Shown here piece after piece: positions 24,191-34,596 of a stretch of DNA of 39,892 nucleotides. Location: sequence record DRR723986_7125. One strand, written 5' to 3'. The notes beneath the pieces are model-generated. The model was not told where the DNA came from and made no database searches. It worked only from the letters and a program-made list of their open reading frames with translations. Every line of letters begins with the position of its first letter. Position 1 is the first letter of the stretch. Position numbers and translations under genes: made by a program.

Positions 24191-26863
24191 TCATTGGATC
24201 GACAGCTTGCGTCGGTAGATTGCTTTTCCGTTGGTTACGTACAGGTAACTGTGCCCTTCGCCGCCAAGAACGCAGCTCGTCAGTGGCTGTGTCGGATCAG
24301 GAGTCGCTAGGACGCCACAAGGCCTGCTGGTCGGATCAAAGACTTGAATGCCAACCGCGCTAGTCACGTAGAAACGTCCACGTGCATCGACGCACATTCC
24401 GTCGCCTCGTGAGGCGGCCAGATACGGTGGTGGCATGTTGAACTTGAACTCGCCGTCCAAATCAATCTTCAGACGCATTGGCATGGTGGGCATTTGCGCG
24501 TCGAGGGAGCCATCACGGGCAACTCGAAATGTCCAAGTCACGCTGTCGCCCGACGCGCTTACGGCCAGGGTTGCGTTGTCGTTCGTAAGCGTAATACCGT
24601 TGGGGCGTTTCAGGTTGCTGGCGACCGTCTGTTTCTCGCCTGTGGCGCGATTGATTCGAGTCACGTTGCCCGCTCGCGTTTCAGTGATGTAGATGAAGTC
24701 GTTTGAAACGACCAAGTCATTCGGCGTAACATCCTTTGCGACGACGGAAGTCGATCCGTCTTGCAAATTGATCTTGATGACTTGCTTGAGCTTCCCGCTG
24801 CACCCGTAGAGGACTCCATCAGGTGCAAAGTCTAGGCCGCTGAGCGAAAGATCAGCGAGTTTGCTGCGCTTTCCAGTCGTTACATCAATTTTGTAGACGC
24901 CCGGAGCTCGCATGTCGCAAAAGTAGAAATTGCCATCATCGTCAGAGCACGGCGCGTCCGCAAAGCCCAAGCCATCTACCACGGTTTCCCACTGCGTGGC
25001 ATCGTCGTCGTAGGCAGTGTTCCCGCCTGGCAGTAAGTTGAGAAGAGTCAGGTCACCCCCCAGGTCATCTGGGGTGTCAATCGAGGGCTTGTGCGACTCG
25101 TCTCGCCATAACCACCGCATTGCATCGGGGAATTGTTGGCTTCCGAAGTCTGCGTTGTGCGCGTAGCCTTCCGCCCAGACAAATCGGTGGTCGTAACCCA
25201 TGTAGGTTAAGGCTGAAGACATACGTTGATTGGACCAGGGCCAACTTCCGAAGGCATTGTCGATGTCACCGCTTGTGTCCGACATAAAGACGCGAATGCG
25301 CTTTGGCTCCGTCTTTCGCACTAGAGCTGGGTAAACGTTGCCGCCCCGCAAATTCGTGAAACTTCCAACGTTTGAGTAGACTTTGCTGAACTGGTCGGGG
25401 TATTCCCAAGCGGCAGTGAAGGCGCAGATTGCGCCCGAGCTACTGCCACCGATCGCCCGATGGGCTGGGGCCTTGGAGACGTTGTATTGCGCTTCCACCA
25501 TTGGCAAAATCTCGCGTAGCACGAAGTTGGCATAGCGTTGGCCCAGGCTGTCGTACTCGAAGCTGCGGTTGGACGATTTTCGCCCCTTTCTTGGCTTCGA
25601 CATGTCATGGCCCGGATTGATGAACACGCCGATGGTTGGGGGCATTGCTCCAGCCGCGATCAAGTTGTCAAAAACGATTGGTACTCGCCAGCGTCCTTTT
25701 TCGTCTGCGAATCGAATACCGTCTTGGAACACCATGATCGGCGTCGGTTTAGAAGCATCGTATTGCTTCGGGACGTAAACGGACCACTGCCGAGTTGTTC
25801 CAGGAAAAATCTTCGAATCCTCCCAGTCCGGCATGCTGGTTAGCGTACCGCGTGGGACGTCTGCTTTTCGAACTGCGTCCTCGTGAGGCGTCCATTTGGG
25901 CTTCGTTTCAGTGTTGGGAAAGACGGTTGGTGTTGAGTCCTCATTCCAAAGCCACGCCAGTGCCTCGGGAAAGACTTCACCGGCCCATTTGCCGCTGTGA
26001 CCGCCTTCGGTCATTTCAAGCTTGAAGTGATAGCCAGCGTACTGCAGCGCCGCGGCCAAGTCCTGGTTGCCAAGTGGCCAATTGCCATGCAAGTTGCTAA
26101 GGTCATCCATGCCTTCCTGCAGATAAACCTTCAATTGCTTGGGCGAGCTCTTCGTTTTCCGTACGAGGCCGGGGTAGGCCCAGCCGCCGCGTATGTTCGT
26201 GAAACTACCAATATGGCTCATCACCTTGCCGAACACATCCGGACGCTCCCAAGCGGTAGTGAACGCACAGATGCCACCAGAGGAGATGCCACAAACAGCA
26301 CGGTCGCTCGGTTTCGGGGACACGTTCAAATCCGCCAGCGCTACTGGCAGGAATTCGTTGATGAGAAAGCGGCTGTATCGATCGCCGAGTGAATCGTACT
26401 CGAATGAACGATTGCTGCGTGTCTTGCCACCTTGCACGCTGGAAACAACTTTGCCTGGATCAACAAATACGGCAATCGTGACAGGCATCTTGCCGGAAGC
26501 AATGAGTTGATCGAAGACTTGTGGCACCCTGAATGAACCGTTTGGCTTGGCGTAATTGGTTCCATCCATGAAGACCATCAACGAAGCCGGGCTAGATGAA
26601 TCGTATTGCTTCGGGATGTAGACGGAGTACGGTCGTGTCGTACCCGGAAAGACTTCACTCGAAGCGAACGTTCCTTTCTTAAGTTGGCCTTCTGGTTCGG
26701 CCGCACTAGATTGAGCCCAAGTCGCGGTGCTGGTCGTCAACACGCACAGCAACACGGCAGCCCAGAGGTAAGCAGTTTGCAGTGCACTGTTCACTCTGCT
26801 AGTTACCGATGCGAACGGGTACCGTAAAAGGCCGCTAGGTGAGTGGAGGTAGGTCGGAACCAT
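24191..26863 (-). CDS. Secreted tandem Fes-like esterase (x2) + SMP-30/gluconolactonase fusion protein
   Basis: Two homologous alpha/beta-hydrolase domains (GISSGG and GSSSGA nucleophile elbows, NRSFEYDSLG twice, GSFTN twice), then a beta-propeller (RPNGITL, GDGMCVD). Confidence 0.88.
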   Translation of the reverse strand: MVPTYLHSPSGLLRYPFASVTSRVNSALQTAYLWAAVLLCVLTTSTATWAQSSAAEPEGQLKKGTFASSEVFPGTTRPYSVYIPKQYDSSSPASLMVFMDGTNYAKPNGSFRVPQVFDQLIASGKMPVTIAVFVDPGKVVSSVQGGKTRSNRSFEYDSLGDRYSRFLINEFLPVALADLNVSPKPSDRAVCGISSGGICAFTTAWERPDVFGKVMSHIGSFTNIRGGWAYPGLVRKTKSSPKQLKVYLQEGMDDLSNLHGNWPLGNQDLAAALQYAGYHFKLEMTEGGHSGKWAGEVFPEALAWLWNEDSTPTVFPNTETKPKWTPHEDAVRKADVPRGTLTSMPDWEDSKIFPGTTRQWSVYVPKQYDASKPTPIMVFQDGIRFADEKGRWRVPIVFDNLIAAGAMPPTIGVFINPGHDMSKPRKGRKSSNRSFEYDSLGQRYANFVLREILPMVEAQYNVSKAPAHRAIGGSSSGAICAFTAAWEYPDQFSKVYSNVGSFTNLRGGNVYPALVRKTEPKRIRVFMSDTSGDIDNAFGSWPWSNQRMSSALTYMGYDHRFVWAEGYAHNADFGSQQFPDAMRWLWRDESHKPSIDTPDDLGGDLTLLNLLPGGNTAYDDDATQWETVVDGLGFADAPCSDDDGNFYFCDMRAPGVYKIDVTTGKRSKLADLSLSGLDFAPDGVLYGCSGKLKQVIKINLQDGSTSVVAKDVTPNDLVVSNDFIYITETRAGNVTRINRATGEKQTVASNLKRPNGITLTNDNATLAVSASGDSVTWTFRVARDGSLDAQMPTMPMRLKIDLDGEFKFNMPPPYLAASRGDGMCVDARGRFYVTSAVGIQVFDPTSRPCGVLATPDPTQPLTSCVLGGEGHSYLYVTNGKAIYRRKLSIQ

Positions 26864-27201
26864 TGGCTAGTCTTCAAAGCATCAAGAACGGAATCAGGTG
26901 GACGTGACTGCGCTTCGGAGTCCCAAGCTCGAAAATGCTTGTGAGACTCGTCACAGATATGGCGGGCACAGCATACAACATTCAGCAGCAAGATTGTTTT
27001 CACGCCACGGCTGCTCGCCAGAAAATCCCACTTTCAACAATCGCGGCTCCACGATCCGCCCCTACTCTCGCCCTGAACTGTAGTTGCCTTCAAATTGCTA
27101 TCACGATGGTCTAGGCTTTAACGGAATCGGAATGACATTAAAACGAGCGACTCGGTGTCGACGCCGTCAGGACGAAATGCGCGATGGTATAGGTGCGAAA
27201 C

Positions 27202-28674
27202 ATGCGGATTGGCACGAGTATTGTTCTCTTGATAGCGTTCACCTCATGGGCAGCTACCGCTGCGGCGCAAGACCGCCTGCCCAGCGAACATGAACAGACT
27301 GCAGTTGGCAGTATTCGCGAGTTGGCCGAGCGGCCGAACATTGTCGTTTTCTTTATTGACGACATGGGGTTTGCGGATCCAAGTTGCTTTGGCAACCCTG
27401 CCATGACAACGCCCAATATCGATTCCCTCGCAGCAGAAGGACTGAAACTAACGAATTTCTATGTCAACTCACCGATTTGTTCTGCTTCGAGGGTTGCATT
27501 GACAACAGGCCGTTATCAACAGCGGTATCGAATCCATTCCTATTTTGCAACTCGAGCCTCAAACGCCAAACGTAAGATGCCGGACTGGTTGCCCGGCGAT
27601 GCTCCGACACTGGCAAAATACTTGAAAGCGGCTGGTTACAAGACGGCTCACTTCGGGAAGTGGCACATGGGTGGCGGTCGCGATGTGGGCGACGCGCCAC
27701 TTCCTCAGGCGTATGGGTTTGATGAGTCGCTGGTCTCCTTTGAGGGGCTTGGGGATCGACTGCTGTGGCAGAAGGACGGAAATCAAGAACAGAGTTGGAA
27801 GCACGGGCGCGGTGAGATAACCTTCACTCCCAAACACAAGACAACTGAGAGATACGTCGACAGAGCGATCCAGTTCATCCAGGAGCATCAAGACGATCGG
27901 TTCTATGTTCGAGTCTTCCCGAACGATGTGCACGATGCTCACTTGCCGAGCGAAGAGGCACTCGAGCGTTGGAAGGGAGAAACAAACAATCCACCTGATG
28001 AACAATTCTTTGCGGTGCTCGAAGAGATGGATCGCCAAATTGGACGTGTTCTCAAAACCATTTCCACGCTTGGTTTGGACGAACAAACATTGATCGTGTT
28101 TACCAGCGACAACGGTCCTACCGATTGGCCGAGATACTACAAACAGGGATTCCAGCCTCCTGGATTCACTGGTCCATTGTTTGGTCGGAAATGGAGCCTT
28201 TATGAAGGCGGTATTCGCATGCCGTTTATCGCTCGCTGGAAAGGCACAATTCCGGCTGGAGTTGTTGATGAGACCTCGGTCGTGGCCGCCATTGATTTAC
28301 TGCCGTCGATCGCAAACTTGGCTCAAGTAGACATCGCAGCGTCGATGCACGACGGTGTTGATGCGTCAGACGTACTTCTAGGGAATCCTGCCCAACGGAC
28401 TAGGCCTGTATTTTGGGAGTACGGCGTCCATGGAAGTATCAAGCCTGGCAAGAAAGCTCACGTGAGCCCACAGTTGGCAATGCGAGACGGTAGATGGAAG
28501 TTGATGATGAATCCTGATGGATCAAAACTGAAACTTTTCGACTTGAAGGAAGACATCGGCGAAGCCGAAAACCTCGCAGGTTCAAGGCCTGAGGTCGTTG
28601 GCAGGCTGCGACCACTACTGGAAGCATGGTGGAGCGAAATGTCGCAGAACTACGCAGATGCCGAAGCACGATAG
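27202..28674 (+). CDS. Formylglycine-dependent sulfatase (S1 family), secreted
   Basis: RPNIVVFFIDDMG, CSASR..LTTG, GKWHMG, FTSDNG, LYEGGIRMP; signal peptide. Confidence 0.95.
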   Translation: MRIGTSIVLLIAFTSWAATAAAQDRLPSEHEQTAVGSIRELAERPNIVVFFIDDMGFADPSCFGNPAMTTPNIDSLAAEGLKLTNFYVNSPICSASRVALTTGRYQQRYRIHSYFATRASNAKRKMPDWLPGDAPTLAKYLKAAGYKTAHFGKWHMGGGRDVGDAPLPQAYGFDESLVSFEGLGDRLLWQKDGNQEQSWKHGRGEITFTPKHKTTERYVDRAIQFIQEHQDDRFYVRVFPNDVHDAHLPSEEALERWKGETNNPPDEQFFAVLEEMDRQIGRVLKTISTLGLDEQTLIVFTSDNGPTDWPRYYKQGFQPPGFTGPLFGRKWSLYEGGIRMPFIARWKGTIPAGVVDETSVVAAIDLLPSIANLAQVDIAASMHDGVDASDVLLGNPAQRTRPVFWEYGVHGSIKPGKKAHVSPQLAMRDGRWKLMMNPDGSKLKLFDLKEDIGEAENLAGSRPEVVGRLRPLLEAWWSEMSQNYADAEAR

Positions 28675-28693
28675 TCCTATTGGAAGTCGCACG

Positions 28694-30097
28694 ATGCTGA
28701 AACAGGTTACTATCACGCTCTTGGCTCAACAGGTTATCTTTGCATGTAGCCAAATTGCGTTTTCAACCAATGCTCGCGCGCTTGAGCGCCCGAACATTGT
28801 GTTGTTCATGGCGGACGATATGACGCACAACGATCTGGGATGCTACGGCAACCAGGACGTTAAGACGCCAAATCTAGACGCGTTCGCCGAGACGGGGATG
28901 CGGTTTTCGAAGTGTTTTAATTCGGCACCGATGTGTTCTCCGCTCAGGCAGAGTCTTTACACGGGTTTGTACCCTGTGAAAAATGGCGCTCATCCCAATC
29001 ATAGCCGCGTTCATGATTGGGTGCGAAGTCTACCGGACTACCTTCGGCAGGCGGGCTATACCTCCGCATTGCTTGGCAAGCGGCACGAGGCGCCGCTCGA
29101 GCAATTCCCATTTGAGTATCTTGGCGGCCGCAATCACGACAACGGCAAGGGGCTGGATCTGGATTTATCCAAAGCGGAGGACTATCTGCAAAAACGCGCC
29201 CAAGATCACCAGCCTTTCTGTTTGGTTGTCACATCCAACCAACCGCATCGACCTTGGAACCGTGGCAACCCAGATCTATACGATTGGAAGAATCTCAACA
29301 TTGCGGAGAATTTGGTCGATACGCCGCAGACTCGTAAATGGCTTGCCAACTACTACGCCGAAATCACCTACATGGACAACCAGTTCGGGCGGTGCCTTGC
29401 GGCAGTCGAGGCAAACGGGCTGGCCGATTCAACGGTCGTGATCTTCTTGAGTGAACAAGGCTCAAACTTTCCTTTTTGCAAATGGACCTGCTACACAGGA
29501 GGGATTCAGTCCGCCGCGATCATACGATATCCGCCGAATCCTCAGGCCGGAAAAATAACCGATGCACTGGTTAGCTACGTCGACGTGGTGCCAACCATCC
29601 TCGAATTGGCTGGAGTTAAGGTAGACGATCTTGATTTGGACGGGTACTCGATTGTCGACCTGCTCGACGGGGAAGACTATCAGCGCAGCGCGCCAGTGTT
29701 TGCTGTTCAAACATCGCGGGGCATCTACAGCGGGCCGGAGGCCTATGGGATTCGCGCTGTTACCGACGGCCAGCATTTGTTGATTCGCAATTTGAACCAC
29801 CAGGCGAGCTTTAAGAACACGGTGACAGCGAAAGATCCTGTTTATGCTTCTTGGAAGAAGAAGGCAGAGGCTTCGCCCAAGCTGCGTCAACGCGTGCAAC
29901 AGTATGAACGCAGAGAGGCGGCGGAGTTGTTCGATTTAGAACAGGACCCTTGGAACCTAAACAATTTGATCGACTCACCCGCGTTGTTCGAAAAGCAGCA
30001 AGTATTAGAGGAGGCGTTGCGAGCTTGGATGCTCGACCAAGGAGATCTCGGCATAGCAACCGAGATGGACGCCAAGAATCGTCAAGTTGAACGATGA
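28694..30097 (+). CDS. Formylglycine-dependent sulfatase (N-sulfoglucosamine sulfohydrolase-like)
   Basis: RPNIVLFMADDM, CSPLRQSLYTG, GKRH, PHRPW, FLSEQG, ELFDL..DP. Confidence 0.93.
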   Translation: MLKQVTITLLAQQVIFACSQIAFSTNARALERPNIVLFMADDMTHNDLGCYGNQDVKTPNLDAFAETGMRFSKCFNSAPMCSPLRQSLYTGLYPVKNGAHPNHSRVHDWVRSLPDYLRQAGYTSALLGKRHEAPLEQFPFEYLGGRNHDNGKGLDLDLSKAEDYLQKRAQDHQPFCLVVTSNQPHRPWNRGNPDLYDWKNLNIAENLVDTPQTRKWLANYYAEITYMDNQFGRCLAAVEANGLADSTVVIFLSEQGSNFPFCKWTCYTGGIQSAAIIRYPPNPQAGKITDALVSYVDVVPTILELAGVKVDDLDLDGYSIVDLLDGEDYQRSAPVFAVQTSRGIYSGPEAYGIRAVTDGQHLLIRNLNHQASFKNTVTAKDPVYASWKKKAEASPKLRQRVQQYERREAAELFDLEQDPWNLNNLIDSPALFEKQQVLEEALRAWMLDQGDLGIATEMDAKNRQVER

Positions 30098-30190
30098 GCT
30101 TGCGGAGTCACGTCCCAGAGTTTTAAGGTCTCGATATCATCCTTCCGTCTTCATCGATTGGTTGGCCTCGCATTGAGTTTGGCCATTTTT

Positions 30191-30261
30191 GAAACGCAGA
30201 GGTGCGGAGAACGCAGAGTATTGAAGCTAGCCGGGTGAACGTACTACTGCATCCGCGTTTC
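30191..30261. repeat. Degenerate REP-like element with ACGCAGAG-type units
   Basis: ACGCAGAG GTGCGGAG A ACGCAGAG at 30194-30218; GAAACGC (30191-30197) is inverted at GCGTTTC (30255-30261). Confidence 0.4.
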
Positions 30262-30615
30262 CTATCAATGGTTTACGGTCTTGCCTTCGTTGTCCCACAG
30301 TTTTAGATTGGCACCGCTTGAATGGTGTCACATGTAGTGGATGATGCCGCTACAACCTACGTGCAGTTGCACACTGCTTTGATTGGTGCCTTGCTCAGCC
30401 GTTGTTGCTCTTAGCTCTCGAAGTCCGCGTCGCACAGACATGTAATGTGTTGCACTCAGTGAATCGCAAGATTAAATGAAAATACACGCAGGCTTGAAGC
30501 GCTTAGCAGTCAATTGCGTCAGGCAGCCGGTCAATTCATGGATTGCCATTCCATTCAGTCTTCGAACGATTGCCGACTTGCCATGAGCGGAGATCGCGAC
30601 ACTTCCCCTTGGCCG

Positions 30616-31446
30616 CTAATGCGAGTGGTGTTTCCCGAGAGGTTGGGAAAGGATGTCGACGTGGGGAATGGTGATTTGTAGTTTTCCGGCGCGGAGTTCG
30701 TGCCTCCGTTGGTCGAACCACGCGCGGTGGTTGTGGGCTTGATTGCGCTCGGTCAGCCGACGCTCGATGCCGTTCATCATCGTCGTCAACATTTGTGGCG
30801 CCCGGCGTTGAGATAAAAGCCACGGAGTCTCACGCGTGGTGAACTTGCAATTGCACTCGGAGAGAATGCGTGCGATCGTCGCGCCTGCTCGGTTGCCAAG
30901 TGCTGGGCCGAAGCCATGGTCACTTTCTTGATGGGCCACCAGAATGCGATTTATCGTTTCGTCGCTGTCATGAGTCGGTGTGAACGACATCTCACCACTG
31001 CGAGTCATTGTCAGCAGAATGGGAAGCTGGCCTGCTAGTGGTGTCAGGAAATCTGATAGCCATGCTTCAGAAACCAGGTCCACGAACGCGGAGCAGGCAA
31101 GCCCATCAAAATGGTCAGCCGCCGAAGTTGATCCACCCGTACTGAGGATTTGGCTAAGCGGTGGTTGGTCAAGTTCGGAGAGATCTACGGCGGTAGTTAC
31201 GAAGGACTGCTCTGAGCAGCTCCGGTGTTGTTCGCCGAAGCGTTTTAAAGCATGCGTGTCGATATCAAAGTTTGTCCAGCTCAGACATCTAGGTAAGTGC
31301 TGCTGGAGAAAACGCAGGTTTGCACCTGTACCGCCAGCAACGTCCAAGATTGATGGTTGGTCAGATAGTAAGCACGCGAAGTCCTTAGCAAGTTCGCGGG
31401 ATCGAAACTCGTTGTCAACGACTTCACGCAGCGTGCTCCAGTCCAT
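30616..31446 (-). CDS. Class I SAM-dependent methyltransferase
   Basis: ILDVAGGTGANL motif I, FDID motif II, CSAFVDLVS. ATG with GGAGG RBS, 23 bp after the leuB stop. Confidence 0.8.
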   Translation of the reverse strand: MDWSTLREVVDNEFRSRELAKDFACLLSDQPSILDVAGGTGANLRFLQQHLPRCLSWTNFDIDTHALKRFGEQHRSCSEQSFVTTAVDLSELDQPPLSQILSTGGSTSAADHFDGLACSAFVDLVSEAWLSDFLTPLAGQLPILLTMTRSGEMSFTPTHDSDETINRILVAHQESDHGFGPALGNRAGATIARILSECNCKFTTRETPWLLSQRRAPQMLTTMMNGIERRLTERNQAHNHRAWFDQRRHELRAGKLQITIPHVDILSQPLGKHHSH

Positions 31447-31469
31447 CGTAGCCTCCGAACGCCAGCCCG

Positions 31470-32558
31470 TTAGGAGAGTTTTTCGAGGACTTTGTCCGTC
31501 ATTTCTGTGGTGCTCAGGGCCACTTCGCCGCTGCGAACTAAGTCGCTGGTCCGATGACCATCGGCCAAAACGGCTTTGACGGCTGATTCAATCTCCGATG
31601 CATCATCTTCTAAACCACAAGAGTGGCGGAGCATCATGGCTGCAGCGAGGATGGTCGCAAGTGGATTGGCGATGCCCTTCCCTGCAATGTCCGGAGCGCT
31701 GCCGTGAATTGGTTCATACAGTCCGGGGCCACCATCACCCAGCGACGCGCTTGGTAGCATACCGAGCGATCCTGGTAGCATGGACGCTTCGTCGGTAAGA
31801 ATGTCGCCGAACATATTGCTGGTGACAACAACGTCAAACGATGTCGGGCGGCTGATCAAGTGCATCGCCATTGCGTCAACCAATACGACTTCGTAATCAA
31901 GGTCGGCATAGTCCTTGGCCGCAATTTCCGCGCAAACGCTTCGCCAAAGTCGGCTGGCCTCGAGCACGTTTGCTTTGTCGACCATTGTGAGCTTTTTGCG
32001 CCGCAGACGCGCGGCGTCGGCAGCTAGGCGGAAGATTCGCTCGATTTCCTGCGAGTCGTACACCATGGTGCTGGTTGATCGCCGCAGCCCATCGGGTAAT
32101 TCTTCTTTGGTCGATGGTCCGAAGTAAATCCCGCCTGTCAATTCTCGGAAGAAGAGAATGTCGGTGCCTTCTACAATTTCACGTCGAAGTGGAGATGCAT
32201 CGATTAGTTCGCTAAACGGAGTGATAGGCCGCAAGTTGGCAAACAGCTTCAGTTCCTTGCGAATCTTCAGCAAACCCGCTTCAGGGCGAGTCTTTGCGCT
32301 GGGGTCATCCCATTTGGGGCCACCGACTGCGCCCAGGAGGACTGCCGTGCTATTACGGCAAGCATCGATGGTCGCATCTGGAAGCGGATCTCCGGTGGTG
32401 TCGATTGCTATGCCGCCAATGATCGCTTCAGAGAACGAGAAGTTGTGTCCGTTCTTTGCAGCGATTGCTTCCAGGACACGTCGTGCTTGGGAGATTATTT
32501 CTGGGCCAATTCCGTCGCCGGGCAGTAGTACGAAGCTTGCGTCCAAGGTTTTTCTCAA
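31470..32558 (-). CDS. leuB: 3-isopropylmalate dehydrogenase
   Basis: [70 protein letters not shown] start at 32558 or 32546. Confidence 0.95.
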   Translation of the reverse strand: MRKTLDASFVLLPGDGIGPEIISQARRVLEAIAAKNGHNFSFSEAIIGGIAIDTTGDPLPDATIDACRNSTAVLLGAVGGPKWDDPSAKTRPEAGLLKIRKELKLFANLRPITPFSELIDASPLRREIVEGTDILFFRELTGGIYFGPSTKEELPDGLRRSTSTMVYDSQEIERIFRLAADAARLRRKKLTMVDKANVLEASRLWRSVCAEIAAKDYADLDYEVVLVDAMAMHLISRPTSFDVVVTSNMFGDILTDEASMLPGSLGMLPSASLGDGGPGLYEPIHGSAPDIAGKGIANPLATILAAAMMLRHSCGLEDDASEIESAVKAVLADGHRTSDLVRSGEVALSTTEMTDKVLEKLS

Positions 32559-32654
32559 TTGGGAAAGGTTGTTAGGAAGTGAGCGACCGCCAGGCGTAGA
32601 TTGATTTGGTGGCTTTCACCAAACCTACAGTCGAGGGCGGTACGGTGAGGCGGA

Positions 32655-33449
32655 TTATTTCTTGGTCTTGATCGGAGTCTCTTTGTCTCCGTTGCGGAGA
32701 AATGGTTCACGCTCTTGAACACCCACGGCAGGCTTCATTGGACGCACCCAGATGTTTCGGAATCGAACTGGATTGCCGTGGTCTTGAAGACTGATTGGAC
32801 CCGTTTCTCCGTGTGGTCGGTACTCCGGTGGTCGGTTGAATGGAGTGTCGCCAAGAAGTTCAAAGTGGTTCAGGATGACTGCTCCGTTGTGGATTGCCGT
32901 GATGTAAGCCGGTGAAACAAGTTTGCCTTCTTCGCTGAATCGTGGGGCCGTCCAAAGGATGTCGTAAGTGTTCCATTCCCCTGGACCCTTCATTGCGTTG
33001 ACCATCGGAGGCGTCTGTTTGTAAATTGCGCCCGCTTGGCCATCGTGGTAAGTCTTGTTGTTGTACGAATCGAGAACTTGGATTTCGTACTTGCCCATCA
33101 GGAAGACGCCACTATTTCCGCGTCCTTGTCCATCACCCTTCACCTGCGATGGCGATGACCATTCAATGTGCAGTTGGCAGTCACCGAACTGTTCCTTGGA
33201 TGTGATGGGGCCTTTGCCAGCGAAGATGATGCCGTCTTTAACCGTCCAATTTTCTCCGTTCTTCCAATTGTTCAGGTCTTTGCCGTTGAACAAAATGATG
33301 GCGTCTGATGGTGGATCGGAAGGCTTCTCGCCCGGCGTGATGATTGCGGGCTCTTCCCACTTGATGCCGTTGAGATATTCATCCGCGTTGCACAACGAGG
33401 TAAATGCGACAAAGCTGAGTGTGAGTGAGAACAGCGTAGCAGTTTTCAT
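32655..33449 (-). CDS. DUF1080 (3-keto-disaccharide hydrolase-like) secreted protein
   Basis: Signal peptide; [53 protein letters not shown] at 33449. Confidence 0.9.
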   Translation of the reverse strand: MKTATLFSLTLSFVAFTSLCNADEYLNGIKWEEPAIITPGEKPSDPPSDAIILFNGKDLNNWKNGENWTVKDGIIFAGKGPITSKEQFGDCQLHIEWSSPSQVKGDGQGRGNSGVFLMGKYEIQVLDSYNNKTYHDGQAGAIYKQTPPMVNAMKGPGEWNTYDILWTAPRFSEEGKLVSPAYITAIHNGAVILNHFELLGDTPFNRPPEYRPHGETGPISLQDHGNPVRFRNIWVRPMKPAVGVQEREPFLRNGDKETPIKTKK

Positions 33450-33676
33450 GGTATCGTTTCCGCTTTGATGGGTGCACAATTGAATGATCAATTGTTATTG
33501 CGTGGTGGGATTGGTTTCCAGCAGGCTGCCAACAGGAGAAAGCTGGACGTTTGAAGAACGCTGCCCACTTCATGCCGGAACTTTGGGGGCGACATTATCT
33601 TACGGTACTGCTCAGGAATCAAGTCGCGGACAGGCTAGCATGAGTTTGAAAACGACAACTTTCGGAGTCCCAGCAC

Positions 33677-33718
33677 GATCGGGCCCCTGTAATCGGGCGC
33701 CTATGATCGGGCTCACGG
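33677..33718. repeat. Three 14-bp direct repeats with core ATCGGGC
   Basis: GATCGGGCCCCTGT / AATCGGGCGCCTAT / GATCGGGCTCACGG; cores at 33678, 33692 and 33706. Confidence 0.6.
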
Positions 33719-33747
33719 CAATCGATCGCGGATAGAGGAGCGGCAAC

Positions 33748-34404
33748 TTGACTGATGACGTCAAAGAGGCTTGGATCCAGCAAGCCAAAGTGGCTGCCGA
33801 GCAACATATGACCGGCGTTGGCGCGGGGCATGATTTTGACCACGTTAGAAGAGTCCACGCCTGCGCAGTGCGACTGGTGGATGCATGTGGCGGCGACAAG
33901 GGCAGGCGTGAAGTCGACAGTTGCGTCGTTCGACTGGCTGCATGGTTGCATGATATTGGTGATGCGAAATTCCATGACGGACAAGAGCTCACCGCCCAAC
34001 TTGCAGAGCAGATTATGTTGGAAGCGGGTGTCCAAAGCGATGTTTGCGGTCATGTTGTCGAGATCGTTGACAATATGTCGTTTCGCAAACGCCAGCACGC
34101 GCGACCGCTCACCTTCGAAGGGAAGTTGGTCCAGGACGCCGATCGTTTGGACGCATTGGGGGCCGTTGGTATCGTGCGAACCATTGAGTATGGACAGGCG
34201 AAGTCGCAGCCTTTCTACTTGCCCGGCTTCTCCCTGGAGGAGCATGAGAGTTCGTCGATGCCAACAGGCGTTGGGCATTTCTTTGAGAAGCTGTTCCTGC
34301 TGCCCGAGCTGATGAATACCGAAGTCGGTCGTCAAGAGGCTGAGTCGCGAGTTGTGTTCATGCGTGGATTCCTCAAGCAGTTCTTTTCCGAGCTAGAGCA
34401 CTAG
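33748..34404 (+). CDS. HD domain phosphohydrolase (YedJ/YpgQ-like)
   Basis: GHDFDHVRRV, AAWLHDIGD, VQDADRLDALGAVGI, HFFEKL. TTG start with GAGGAG RBS. Confidence 0.9.
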   Translation: MTDDVKEAWIQQAKVAAEQHMTGVGAGHDFDHVRRVHACAVRLVDACGGDKGRREVDSCVVRLAAWLHDIGDAKFHDGQELTAQLAEQIMLEAGVQSDVCGHVVEIVDNMSFRKRQHARPLTFEGKLVQDADRLDALGAVGIVRTIEYGQAKSQPFYLPGFSLEEHESSSMPTGVGHFFEKLFLLPELMNTEVGRQEAESRVVFMRGFLKQFFSELEH

Positions 34405-34596
34405 CGGCTCGTCGATTTCAGCATCGGCTTGTATGATCCCGTAGTGGGATTGCAGACTGGCAAGACTGCACTACGCTTCTAAGTGCGCTTCGTTTTAAAT
34501 GTAAGGGAATGCAAAAGAGGGGGTAAAAGCCTCGCGCCACGGCGACCCCACTTATGCGTGATCGAGAGCCTTGAACTAATGCTGATGGGACCACTT

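Noticed and set aside
33619-34335. 238-aa minus-strand ORF antisense to the HD gene
   Set aside because: The plus-strand frame carries clear HD motifs and an RBS; the antisense frame has no recognisable features.
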